Assembly (NCBI GenBank): GCA_013239625.1
Contig: MU054323.1
Location: 7,057,220 to 7,121,219 of the forward strand
Source: Lama guanicoe
Taxonomy: Eukaryota
Direction: 5' to 3'
DNA length: 64,000 nt
This document shows positions 49,056 through 61,450 of the stretch, piece after piece. Under the pieces are notes generated by a model, which was given only the letters and a program-made list of their open reading frames with translations, was not told the origin of the DNA and did no database searches. Made by a program: the position numbers and the translations under genes. Each line of letters begins with the position of its first letter. Within the stretch, counting starts at the first letter, position 1.

Positions 49056-49884
49056 CAAAGCATAAACCCCCACTGCTTTTGTACCTAATGGCAATTATAA
49101 GTGCCTTATGTCAAACAGCAAGCTTTACCACAAGAGAAGAATTCCAAACTGAATATTTTAGTAGCTTTCACATAGTTTAGTTGTGGCTTTACATCTAGGA
49201 ATATGGGTACTGATGAGGACTGTGAAGCTCAGTGCTCTAATGCATGTCCTGCAGTCTGCCTGTAAATCTGAGAATTAGGATTCCTGGGTTCAAATGCTAA
49301 CTTTCTCATTACCCTACAGAAGGACCCAAATACATTCAAGCAGATGGGAACCAGGAGTCTTAGATTCTTAGCTTGGCAGGGCTCCAAGCTTTGTCATAAC
49401 CATTCAGAGAGACTTCTCTCCATGTTCCAACTTCCTTTTCAGGTGACTAGTTCTTGAAATAACATTTATAAATCATACGATAAAGAATCCCTAAGTTACA
49501 AGAACACTTGTAGAACCTTGGGTGAAGATCTCTTCGAAAGGAATGGCTTGTAATAAAGCGATGCATTCCCAGCGCCTCCTGGCTTCTCACTACTTGTGCA
49601 GGAAGTGTGCTTGTAGAGCAGGATCACACAGGATGGATGCTGAAAAAATCTGGAGCTCTGCAGCCTTCGCCAAGCCTTCTTTGTGTCCCCACTGTTTCTT
49701 ATACTTTGCTGTTATTTTTGTCATTTATTTGTCACACAGAATGTCACTTATTTCTTTACAGACTAAATCTGTGAACCTCTTGAGGGCACAACCTCTGTTG
49801 TCATCTTTGTTTTTCCTAGCATCTAGGAGAGATCTTTGGTTTGTAGTAAGAGCTCAGGTGTTTGCACTGAACTGTAATTATATG

Positions 49885-49969
49885 AGAGGGTGGCTATAGT
49901 CCAGCAGTAGAGTGATGCTTAACATGCACAAGGTCCTGGGTTCAATCCCCAGCACCTCCATTAAAAAGA
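49885..49969 (+). mobile_element. Vic-1-type SINE, short form, 10-bp TSD
   Basis: TSD taattatatg at 49875-49884 and 49970-49979. Confidence 0.88.
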
Positions 49970-51552
49970 TAATTATATGCATCATTCACCCAACCATATA
50001 TACATGCCTAGCAGCCCATTTTTCCAGGGTACCAGTGATGACAGGCTGGGGAATCTCTTTAAGGCCAGAGAGAATCCTAGAGTGACAATACTTTTTCATC
50101 ATCTTACTCTGCCTTCCCACATTGATCGTAATTTTGTATAGAATAAAGAATATACCAGAATATAACCATTTGGCTTTTCCTCCAGACTTTAATGTGTTCA
50201 TCATGACAACAGCCACTTTACCTACTGGTGAAACTGGGCAGTTAGAGAATCATTCTTACATATTCCCTTCTTGTTTTGTGGGGCTCAGAATAAATGCTAC
50301 AATCATGTTCTTCGAAAAGGAAGGTCACTTAGTGGCGTAATTATGGATAAATCTTTATTTTGATTTCCATTCATATCGTTTGTACACTATTATTTCACAA
50401 AACAAGAAAGATGAAAAGGTTTGAGGCAAAGGCAATGAAATGTCTGTTTCTCGTTACTTGGAAGCACCTGGCTGAACATGCCTAGATAAAGGACCCTGCA
50501 GCCTTGTGTGCCTTCCATTTGGGGGCACCATATGGAATAGCAAGTATGTGACCTCGGCAGATACCGACAGAGTAGAAAAGAGAAAAACTACCAGGGTCAT
50601 CCCTTTGCTTCCCTCAAAGCCCTGGGAGGGCCTGGTTCTCCCAGCAGGCCTGGGCCCCGTGGCTGCTGAATATAGTAAACACATCTGACCGTCCAACTGT
50701 CTTGAGAACTTTCAGCCCACAGCTATTCCCCAGCACTGCTGGGAATGCGCTCCTCTCCCCCGACAACGCGCCCGGAGGAGAACAGGGCTGAGTGTTCCGG
50801 AGAGGAGTGGGCGGTGCTGGACTGCGTACAGCGCCTCCTGTCTGCTTTCTCAAGGACATTCACTTCTGCGGTGGAGGGGGAAGGCGGGCCATCAGGGCTG
50901 ACTCAGGCTCTGTTGCTGTGTGAATTGGGGCAAGATTCTCAACCTCTGTCTCATTTGTGTTCACCATCCTTAAGTTGGGAGAGCTGGACTGGACGGTCTT
51001 TAAGGGTTTCCCAGTTCTTACATCTGCAAATGGGTTGGGGTGACTGGTCTATCCTGTGGGTAAAACAGCAGGGACTGGGGGGGGTGGTGCATGCACAGCA
51101 GGAGTTTCCCAAAAATCTAGGTGGTAATGCGGGCACTGTGGTCTCGGTTCTTCAGGTAACCTCGCCATGCATCCATTTCCTCACTGATAAGACCGGGATG
51201 ATGATCCCTTTGTTCATTCCAAATGTGCTGGGGTTCTTGAATGGAATGATGCACACTGACAAGTATGCCAGGCAAGCTTCGGTGAGAGGCATGTGCCTTC
51301 CAGGTGCTGGGCACCAGATTCTTGCTCACGTACATTCACATTTCACAAAAGCCTGTGTGGTAGGTACTCTTTTCCCTGTTCCCATTTTCAGATAAGAATA
51401 ATAAAGTTCAGAGAAATTAAATGCCTTGTCTGAGATCATCCAGCTCATTAAATGGCATAACTAAGAAAAGAACCAGGTCTGGGTTTTTTTTTTTCTCCCA
51501 ACACTATTCACTTCTATTCCAAATGGACTCATGTAAAACACCGTTATTACTT

Positions 51553-52600
51553 GAACTACATCAAAACTTAAAACTTTTGTGCATGAAAGGACACTATCAA
51601 CAGAGTGAAAAGGCAACCCATGGAATGGCAACCCAGAGAATATTTGCAAATCACGTTTTTATACGGAGTATATAAAGAATGCCTACAACTCGACAAAAGA
51701 GAAACAGCTCGATTTAAAAATGGGCAAAGGACTTGAATAGACATTTCTTCAAAGACAACATACAAATGGCCAAAAAGTACATGAAAAGATTCTCAACATC
51801 ACTAATTACCAGGGAAATGCAAATCAAAATCACAGTGATACACAATTTCACACCAATTAAGGTGGCTATTATCAAGAAACCAGGAAATGGGGCAGGGAGG
51901 ACATAACTCAGAGTAGAGTGTAAGCCTAGCATGCACGAGTTCCTGGGTTCAATTCCCAGTACCTCCATTAAAAATAAACAAACCTAATTCCCACTCCCCC
52001 GCCAAAAACACAAAACAAAGAAACAAGAAAACAGGAAATAACAAGAGTGTGCAAGGGTGTGGAGAAATTGGAACCCTTATGTACTGCTGGTTGAAATGTA
52101 AAATGGTGCAGCCACTATGCAAAACAGAATGGCAGTTTTTCAAAAAATTAAAAGCAAAATTATCATATGATCCAGTAATCCCCTCTCTGAATTTATATCA
52201 AAAGAAGTGAAAGCAGGACCTTAGAAAGATATTTGTACACATACTTCCATTATTCAAAATAGCCAAAAGTGGAAACTACCTAAGCATATATATTGGCAGA
52301 TGAATGGATAAACAAATTGTGGGATATACATCCAGTGGAATATTACTCAGCCTTAAAGAAGAAGGGAATCCTGACACATGCCACAAAATGGATGAACCCT
52401 GAGGACGTTATGCTAAGTGAAATATTACAAAAATGTTACAAAAATGACAGAACCTGTATGATTTCACTTATATGAGGTACCTGGAGTAGTCAAATTCATA
52501 GAAGGTAGAATAGAAGTTACCAGGGACTGAGGGGATGGGTGTGGGGAGTTATGTAATGGGTACAGAGTATCAGTTTTGCAAGATGAAAAGAGTTCTAGAG
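51553..52600 (+). mobile_element. L1 ORF2 end plus 3' UTR (L1MB-like), interrupted by a SINE
   Basis: aaatgggcaaaggacttgaatagacatttc...gatgaatggataaacaaattgtgg...cagttttgcaagatgaaaagagttctagag. Confidence 0.9.
51889..52023 (+). mobile_element. Vic-1-type SINE with 16-bp TSD (1 mismatch)
   Basis: caagaaaccaggaaat at 51873-51888 and caagaaaacaggaaat at 52024-52039. Confidence 0.9.
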
Positions 52601-52760
52601 CATAAATCAGGCTGGGCTGATGACCTCTCAGTCACCTTATTGCTTGGGGTGTGGATAAAAGGAGACCCAGAAACAGACCTCATCATATTCTTGGGATCTT
52701 TAGAATCCCAACTTAAATTAAGAATGTCATTAAAATGACATTTTTCAAAGAAAGAAAAAA

Positions 52761-52897
52761 TTTTTTTTAGAATTTTTTTGGGTGAGGGAGAGGTAATTAG
52801 GTTTATTTATTTATTTTTAATGCAGGTGCTGGGGATTGAACCCAGGACCTTGTGCATGCTAAGCATGCACTCTACCACTTAAGCTATACCCTCCCCC
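52761..52897 (-). mobile_element. Vic-1-type SINE
   Basis: ggtaattaggtttatttattt...ggggattgaacccaggacc...agctataccctcccc. Confidence 0.92.
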
Positions 52898-54509
52898 AAA
52901 AGAAGGAAATTTTATGTAAAATTTTATGTATGAGGGCATGTCTGTTACTACATTTTTGTGAAAGTGGCTGGAGGAATGATGATCAATTTTGGAGGTTATG
53001 TTACAGATGGTCTGATTTAATGGCAAATGCATCATTCACCTTGCAGGGGGAGGTGCGTCTCAAGGAGCTAGCCGCTGTCCTTCTGAGCAGTGAAACTGGG
53101 GTACCAGGAGAGGTCCATGTGACTGCCAGTGGGAAAAGGACTGCCAGTCATATTCCATTGCAGAAAACAAAATGGTGAACTCAGAAATTCAGCCCCAAAG
53201 AAACCACAAGGGTTGGTGCTTGAAATTGCAGGTTGATTTTTAATGGAGCTGCCTCTCACATAGGCAGCTCTGAATGGTAACTGAGGTCAGCAGCAACATG
53301 CTTTATTTATTTACAAAAAAAGCTAATGCCACACCAGAGAGCCAGCCTATCATCAATGTGTGTGTACTATCCTGAAACGAGCCCACTAGAACAATGACAG
53401 TGGTTATTTCTGGATGATAGGATCACAGATGATTTAAAATTTTTCTTTTAAAAACTATTTGGTTATTTTTCACATTTTGTAGAGTGAGCATATGTTTTAA
53501 CGGCAGAACATAAATATAATCAAAAGTGTTTTTCATCGTCCAAGATCTGTGGATGGTTATCTAACATCTTCTAATTACGTTTTAGACATGATTAGGCAAG
53601 AAGACATGCAAAAACAACTCTGCTGATAAAAATGAGAAATCAGGTAGTGGCTGTGTGAGGGGAGTGACTGGAAAGGGGAACTCTTTGAGGGCATCCCAAA
53701 TGTTCTGTCTTGTTTGGGTGCTGGTTACACAAGTGTATAAACAGTTGCCAGTACCTCAAGGCACTGAACTGGTAAGATCTGTGCATCTACTACACGTTAA
53801 TTATATTGTGATAAGACAGCAGGAAACCCAGGGAAAGGGGAAAACATGCATGCAAACAATCACGGGTCTGTTTTGCATCTCTGGCAGCTGGTTGCCAGAA
53901 GCCAGCCAGGGACCTGTGCCAGCCAGCACCAGGGCTCTTACCCAAAGCCCAACACTGTCCCCAGCACCCTAGTAAAAGAGCTCATTGAGAGCTGCTGCTC
54001 GGGGCGCACGCTGCTAGAAAACTTATGTGCTGAGCAGAGAGTGGAGGAGGCTGACCCAGGAAGTCCAGCCTGGTGTCAGCAGCTGGGAGGTTGATGGTGC
54101 CGGCAGGGCAGTGGGCAGAGGGCCCATAAAGAGGGCCATCTGGTGTAAGGCCTTTTGAGCACTGCCTTTGGCATTGCTGACTCTCGTTGGACAGAACAAA
54201 GCTCGGTTTGACCAGGCTTTCAGCCTTGCCTCAGTACCAGCAGAGTCACGGCTGATGACTGAGCAGGGCCAGGTACGTGTGCAGGATTGATTTTTTCCAT
54301 TTCCTCCTTGGGGCTTTTGTGACCTGGAAGTGATGACGTTCTCTGAAGGATTCATAGCCTTTAATGGCCTTATTATTCACCTGTTTCTTAATAATGTGCT
54401 GGCTTGTGACATCTCTGCACAAAGACCTACATCTCCCTAATGAAAAATGGACTTTTTTTTCCCCTGATAGCACATGGAAACGAGTAAATCTGAGTGTCTC
54501 CTTTGCAGC

Positions 54510-54742
54510 CCCAGGGTTAAGTGTGAAGACCCTAGAGTCAGACAGACCTGGGTTTGAATCCCACTGTCCCAGGGAACAGTTGTGTGACTTTGGATGAGTT
54601 TCTTAACTGCACTAAGCCTCATTTTCCTCATCGATAAAATGGGGACCTAGACTCCACCTTAGTGCTGCTGGGAAGATAAATTAAACAATGCATTCAAACC
54701 TCTCAACTGTTCCTGATGCATAAGGAGAGCTTATTGTTAGCT
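54510..54742 (+). mobile_element. MIR SINE
   Basis: gagtcagacagacctgggtttgaatccc...tgtgtgactttgga...aagcctcattttcctcatc. Confidence 0.8.
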
Positions 54743-57636
54743 GATGTTGACGTTAGTGGGGGAGAGGTCATAATACATACTTTACTATCAGCAGATCCTT
54801 TTTAATGACGACAGAGCGGTAACAGAGCCACCCTCCCCAGAGGCTGAGGATCTGCTTTGGAGGAAGCATTCTCCACGCCTCAGTTAGAGCTCTTTAAGGA
54901 GCTATCCCTGGCCAGCTGGGTTTCTGCATTCAGAGATCCACTGTGCTTAGCTGCTTTCTCAGTCTATCTGCTTTTTGCTTCTTGCAACGTGGGCAGGACC
55001 TGCTGGAGGGACTTCCTCCCCCGTGCAGGTATGCCCAGAATGCCCATGCATGCTGAAACTGCCTCCTTAAAAATGGGTCTTGGCTGTGCCTGGCCTGCTG
55101 CTTACTTGGTGTTTTTAGTGTGGCTCAACCTAGCACTTGTTTTGCTTTTTTTTTTTTTTCTTTTGCAGAATTCTAGTGCTTGCTCCTAATTCTGTTTTGC
55201 ATTTCAAAAGTGATGTTTCTGAAACTTCCCTCTGGCACTGCGGTCACCAGGGCCCCGGCTTTATCTTTTAGCAGCCCTGGGCACGGTGCCTGTTTTGTGT
55301 TCTGGCACCACTGCTCCCACTGACAGACCCTCTGGTTATATATTTGGACTTTTGAATGATTGATCTTGGAATCTTAGCCTTTAAGAGTCTGCATCTTAAA
55401 TCTGTTAGTTCATCTGTATATTTACAGCCCTCACACTTGCTCTCAATCATTTTGGCTCCATAACAATGAAGCTTCCTCCGGTTTCTATATTTGACACTGT
55501 GTTCATTTGGAGAGCTAGAGGTGAGTAACCCTGCTTTTTATAGGCTGCCTGGTGATCGCAGTAGGAAACCGGACATATTATGGGAATGGGGAAAGCATCA
55601 ATGTGTTGGAAATCCTAAGTCCTGATTTCTAGTTCTTAGCTCCAAACTTAAACCAAATCACCAGTGAAATTTCTAACACTGTATTATTTTCATGTGGTGG
55701 ATTCTATTCTCTGTGCTGCAAACTTGTTGAGGGCAAGAGTTATCCATTGGAAAGCTTCTTATTCCCCCATGCTTCATATGCTCTTAAAAAAATATGTCAA
55801 ATGCCTCAAAGTGCCAAGTAGTAGGTATTCAGACGGATAAATTTCAGATGAATGAATTCTCACCGTGAGCTCAAAACACCTGACGGACAGCTGTGCACAT
55901 AAGCATTAACTACCCCCTACCCACCACAAACTTGATCAGTTTATTCGGATTTCCTTGGGTTGTAAAGGCCCTTAGGTTGTAAAGGACTTCCTTCCATATA
56001 TGTAACCAGTACACTGCTTATACTGATAAGCAATGTTTATGAAGTGAGTATCCATTAAATTATAAGGTCCCAACAATGCTCTAACTGTTAAGGGTAATTT
56101 TATCATCGAAGCTACAGAATACCTCCAGGGTCCTAAGACCACTCTGGAAGCAGAAGGTCTCAGGGCTGGAGCTCACCCCGGCCCGGGGGTCTGTGCTGCT
56201 TCTGATATGGGAAGTTGCTCCATTATTCACACGTGCAGGGCCGAGCCTGCCAAAGCCACGTGACCCCCGCCTCAGTGCCGAGGCCGACCAAGCGCTGCCG
56301 GGGTTGCTGGTTGTTTTTAAATCCGTATTTCATATACTATTTTCTGATGCTTCTAAACCAGCAGTCATGGAAACTGAGATGACGCCTCTCCTCTTCCCTT
56401 AATAGTCATTCCCCGCTTGACTCCCTCTAGTTAAGATTTCAAGATCATTTCTCTACTGAAACCAGCCCAGAAGGTCGCCAGTGGAGGTCTGAGTGCTGAG
56501 CCCTTTGCCTTCGCCTTCTTAGTTCTCGCTGTTTTTCCCTCTCCTAACCGTCTTCACTTCTTGAAACCCACCTGCCCCCTCAAACTGCCGTGACAACGTT
56601 CCCTCCGGGTCCTCGCCTCCCTCTGTGACTGTGGGCGCTATGCGTGCAGACGCTGTCAGGCTGCTGTTGTTGCCTCTAATGCCTCCCCTGGAAAGCCCCT
56701 CCACTCCTCCTTCGCTGTCAGCTCTGGTGGCCTCATGAGTAAAGGGAGGGAGACAGGCCAAGGTTAGCCTGCACTCAGCCCACCCCATCTCTGTCCTCTG
56801 ATCCCACATGTCATCACTTGGCTCTGGGGCCAGTGAGGCACCAGTCAGAAGCCTCTGCTCCTTCCTGGCTTCCCCTTCCACTGATTTCCACTTCACTGCG
56901 GGCTAGAGACTGAATATGCTCTGCCCACTGATGTCCCACACCCACCCAGTGTGACTCCCCCGAGTTCGCCACACCTCCAGCTGGACCTCAGGTTCACGGA
57001 CTTGTCTAGCTCTTCTGCCAGGACAGTCACATTCTCCATAGCCTCCTGGCCATGCCCTACCCATCTATCCCCCGGCAGTAGGTTCCTTACACATTCTAAG
57101 TCACAATGAAAGGTGACCCTGGTGGTTATTTAGTATAATGATGGTTCTCCGATCTTGGCCTGGCATCCGAGGGCATCTCAGCACCTGGCCTCTCCCTAAC
57201 TCCCCAGCTTCCCTTGCACTGCCTGGACAAACTGGACCACTGACTGCTCTCCGAATGCTCCCTTGGACTTGGCTCCCCCGAGCTTTTGCAGATGCTGTTC
57301 CCACTGCCTGGAAAGCCCTCCCTTCTCTTTGTGAACATGTTGTCTCTACCTCATTTCTACTGAGAAGCATCTAAACGGAAATGACACCTCCCCCGCTGAT
57401 GTCCCAGCACGCGCCTCTCTGACTCAAGTGACACTCATCTTTTTGTTATTGTGGCTTGAGCGCATTCCCAAGGGGAGGGGGAATCACGCATTCCAGATTT
57501 TTTTTATCTGTGTCTAATGGACTCGATGCATTTGTGTTGCATGCCAGTATGTGTGCATGAATAAATGAGATGACTGTTCAGTCTTTAATCAGCTCCAGCA
57601 AGGACCAAGTTGAGCTGCAAGTACAGAAAACAGTCC

Positions 57637-57639
<3 letters not shown>

Positions 57640-57668
<29 letters not shown>
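57640..57668 (+). repeat. (TG)n microsatellite (similar short arrays at about 21252, 32294, 43186 and 46060)
   Basis: Directly visible. Confidence 0.95.
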
Positions 57669-57671
<3 letters not shown>

Positions 57672-57852
57672 AAATTCTTGGATTCCAAATCTTTCAGCAG
57701 AAAATTGTTCCCGTTAGATTTTGTGAGGCATTTCATCCTGAAGAGAAAATGAGAGAAACACTAAAAATTATATTTATTTTAAATTAAATGAGGAGTACAT
57801 AAAACATTTCTGTTGGGGGGAGAAAATTCAAATAAAAACTAAAGCTCTAAGT

Positions 57853-58032
57853 CAGAGCCATCCAAGGAACTTTCTGCAAAGATGCAAGTGTTCTATATCT
57901 GTGCTGTCCAATAAGGTGGCCACTAGCCAGCTGTGGCTCTTGGACATGTACTATGTGGCTAGTGTGTCCAAGGAGCTAAATTTTAAATTTTATTTAATTT
58001 AAATATCAATGAGTAATTGGTGGCTACCTTGC
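57853..58032. mobile_element. MER3-type hAT MITE
   Basis: gaactttctgc...gttctatatctgtgctgtccaata.ggtggccactagcca...aattttaaattttatttaattt. Confidence 0.8.
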
Positions 58033-58223
58033 TGCCTCATCCCTAGGCCTCCCGGTCTGGGCCCCATGCTAGAGGTAACCACTGATCACCCTGTGCTGTA
58101 TGTTCTTACAGGTCTCTGTGCAGTTACAGCCTATTTTACACACATACTTACATAAGCGCCAAGTCTGGCCAGTGAGTGTTGCACACAAATGGCATCATGC
58201 CATGTGTGTTCGGCAGCCTCCTT

Positions 58224-58918
58224 CTTAAAAAAATTTTTATTAAAGTATAGTTGATTTGCAATGTTGTGTTACTATTTTCTGGTATACAGCAAAGCAATTC
58301 AATTATGTATGTATTCTTTTTATATTCTTTTCCATTATGGTTTATCATAGGATATCAAATAGCTCCCTATGTTGTACAGTAGGACTTCGTTGTTTATCTG
58401 TTTTATAAATAATAGTTTATATCTGCTAATCCCAAACTCCTAATTTATCCCTCCCCCACCCCACTTTTCCCTTTGGTAACCATAAATTTGTTTTCTATGT
58501 ATTGAATCTGTTTCTGTTTTGTAAATAAGTTCATTTGTATCATATTTTAGATTCTATGTATAAGTGATATATGGTATTTGCCTTTCTCTGTCTAACTTAA
58601 CCTCACTTGGTATGATAATCTCTAGGTCCCTCCATGTTACTGCAAATGGCATTATTTCATTCTTTTTTAATGACTGAGTGATATTCCATTGTATAAATAT
58701 ACCACGTTGTCTTTATCTATTCACCTGTTGTTGGACATTTAGGTTGCTTCCATGTCTTGGCTATTGTATATAGTGCTGCTATGAACATTGAGGTACATGT
58801 GTCTTTTTGAGTTAGAGTTTTCTTCAAATATATGCTCACAAGTGGGATTGCTGCATCATACGGTAATTCTATTTTTAGTGTTTTAAGGAACCTCCATTCT
58901 GTTTTCCATAGCGGTTCT
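58224..58918 (-). mobile_element. Lineage L1 3' end inserted in an older L1ME fragment
   Basis: tttattaaagtatagttgattt...ccatgtcttggctattgt...aaggaacctccat; approximate TSD gcagcct(c/g)ctt at 58213 and 58919. Confidence 0.88.
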
Positions 58919-60965
58919 GCAGCCTGCTTTTAAATTAACAATGTGTTTGAAGAGCTGTCAGAGTGATGCCCTTAGCTCTGCTTTATTCATTTCAGCTGCT
59001 GCAGTGTCCGTTGCATGGATAGTCCCTGGTCTAGTTACCAGTCCTCTACTGATGAATGTTTAGGTTGTTTCCAAACAAAGTCACCAATCCATTCTTATGT
59101 GCTTCTCTATGCATATGAGCAGGTGCAGGTACTGAGAACGGGATTTCTGAACCAAGGAGAGGAAAAGAACTGATATTCCACTGTGGTCCTCCCAGCCCTG
59201 GTTCTCCCAGCGCGAGCGTCTGGACAGTGAAGGGGACCTGTTATTATTATTACTGTCATTTTGTAGGAAGCTGGCAGCTATATTCTATTCCGATCTCTGT
59301 TTTCACTCCCCATGCTGAGAAGCTGAAACCTAGATTTTTATCAAACAGGCTGTGATGAGCTCTGAAAATACTAAGACATTAATAACAGCTGAAAGATGAC
59401 AGACACAGACAGCATTCATCTGCGAGCTGAGTTTAGTGCCAACTTGAGGGCAATCTGTAATGCTGAGTGCCCCACATGTGAGTTAGATTTCTGGAACCAT
59501 GTTCATTAGACCCATCTTGGGACACAAATATAAGATAACTGGGTTTAAAGGTCCATGTATTTGCAAGCATTTGATCCTGAGTGTGGAGCAAAGTAAAGCA
59601 AAGTTTCATTGTATGATCTGTACCTGAGTCACTGTCTAAATGAGAAAAAGGAAGCCCAGGCCTTGGGAATGGCCGGGAGTCAGTGTAAATTAACGTGAGG
59701 AGAAAAGTGGTTGCCTGCTTCTGGTGGCCACAGTATGCAGTGGTCTTACGCGGTTCTTTCCCCCCCAATTTCAAAGCATGCTTAAGTAAAAATCATTAAA
59801 GATTCCACCCCAAGTTTTTTCCAGTGGTGATTTAAAATTCAACCCTGGGGGCATTAATGATGGCTGAGCTGGGACAGAAAATGGAGGATGGAAGTGGTGA
59901 ACAGCCCATAGCATCCTTTGAATTAGAAATGTCCCACCACAGCCAGGAGCAGAAAGCGGCCAGTGAGCAGCAGAGAACTGGGGAAATGGGAGAGGAGAGA
60001 AGTGAGCACAGGTAAGGGGGCCAGAGGCTCAGAGGGGACAGACCCTGCTCACCAGGCTTGTAGACAAGCGAAGTCGGGGTAGAGGGGTTGCAAATATCCA
60101 TTCAGCGTTCATGAAAATGAAGACAAGGAGAAAACTGACGGTGGTTTGATACTTTAACAGCTCAAACTGTATTCTCCTTGTCCCCTGTCCTAATTTAATC
60201 ATAATTATCATAGCTTAGGGCCGTGATGTGGACATAGTTTAGTATATCCACATATATACCGTTCTCATTAAACACTTCATCCTGGGAATTTTTTCCATGC
60301 TGTCACCTAGTCTTCAAAAGTATGCCAATGAGGTTAGCGCTTAAATTATTTATTCAAATGTATTTCAGCCAGCTGGCAAAGTTTCGCTAGGTTCCTTTGT
60401 TTACAGACGTCATGGTGGTAGTGTATCCTGGGCCTGTGATTACTAGACATCTGACAATACAGTGCGGATGCTGGAAGGCTTCTTCCATTATTTGCCCTCC
60501 AGGTTTGTAATCAGCCTTCGGTGCACTGATTTTACTGGGCAATGTTCAGACTCTGGCCCCAACCTACCTTCTTTCTCTTGGCTGGTCCCAAACCTTGCAC
60601 ATCTCTGGGGTGATGTGATATTACTGATACTGTCATTCCACAGTGGTGGGAAGAGCTTCTAATCCCATTTCCAGGACGAGTGTGGTTAGTGAGTCACCAC
60701 GGGCGGGGGTTGGGGTGGGTTGGGTTGAGGGGTGGGAAAGCATCCCCATCTCCATCACTAGTTCGGAGCTCCAGACTCCTGCCCCCTCTCTGTGCTGTCA
60801 GTCACAGCTGCGGGCTGTTCTTACGCAGGTTTGGCCCATCTGGCTCTTCCTTTCTCTTTCATTTCCTACTGCCTGCATTTCCCTGTGTCTTGGTGCCAGC
60901 TCCTTTTCTTGATGGCTTTCCTTCTTCTGTTGTCTCTAAACTCAGGTTCAAATGGCCCAATTAGT

Positions 60966-61097
60966 CTTTTTTGTTTGTCTTTGGTGAGGGGAGGTAATTA
61001 GGTTTCTTTATTTATTTAAATGGAAGTACTGGGGATTGAACCCAGGACCTCGTGTATGCTAAGCACACACTCTACCACTGAGCTATACTCTCGTCCG
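60966..61097 (-). mobile_element. Vic-1-type SINE
   Basis: ggtaattaggttt...actggggattgaacccaggacctcgtg...ctctaccactgagctatac. Confidence 0.92.
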
Positions 61098-61154
61098 CCA
61101 TTACTCTTGATGGGTCTTCCTAGAAGACACTAGTTGCATCCTTTCACACCTTTT

Positions 61155-61450
61155 CTTTTCTTTCTTTTTTTTTTTTTGAGATGATAGACTTTGTTTTGTT
61201 ATTTTTTATTGAAGTGTGGTCAATTTAGAATGTTCGTTTCAGTTTGTACAGCAAAGCAATTCAGTTATACATAAACATATATATATATACGTGTATATAT
61301 TTTCTGTTTATTTTCCATTATGGCTCATTACAAGAAATCGAGTATAGTTCCTATTTTATATATAGTAATCTGTATCTGTTAATCCCAAACTCCCAGTCTA
61401 TCCCTCCCAAACCCATTCCCCCTGGTAACCACAGTTTGTTTTCTATGTCC
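61155..61450 (-). mobile_element. Lineage L1 3' tip
   Basis: T-rich tail, tttattgaagtgtgg...aatcccaaactcccagtctatccctccc. Confidence 0.8.

Noticed and set aside
50745..51395. 216-aa plus-strand ORF
   Set aside because: Runs through MIR-like fragments (gtttcccagtttctacatctgcaaatggg) and has no domain; chance ORF.
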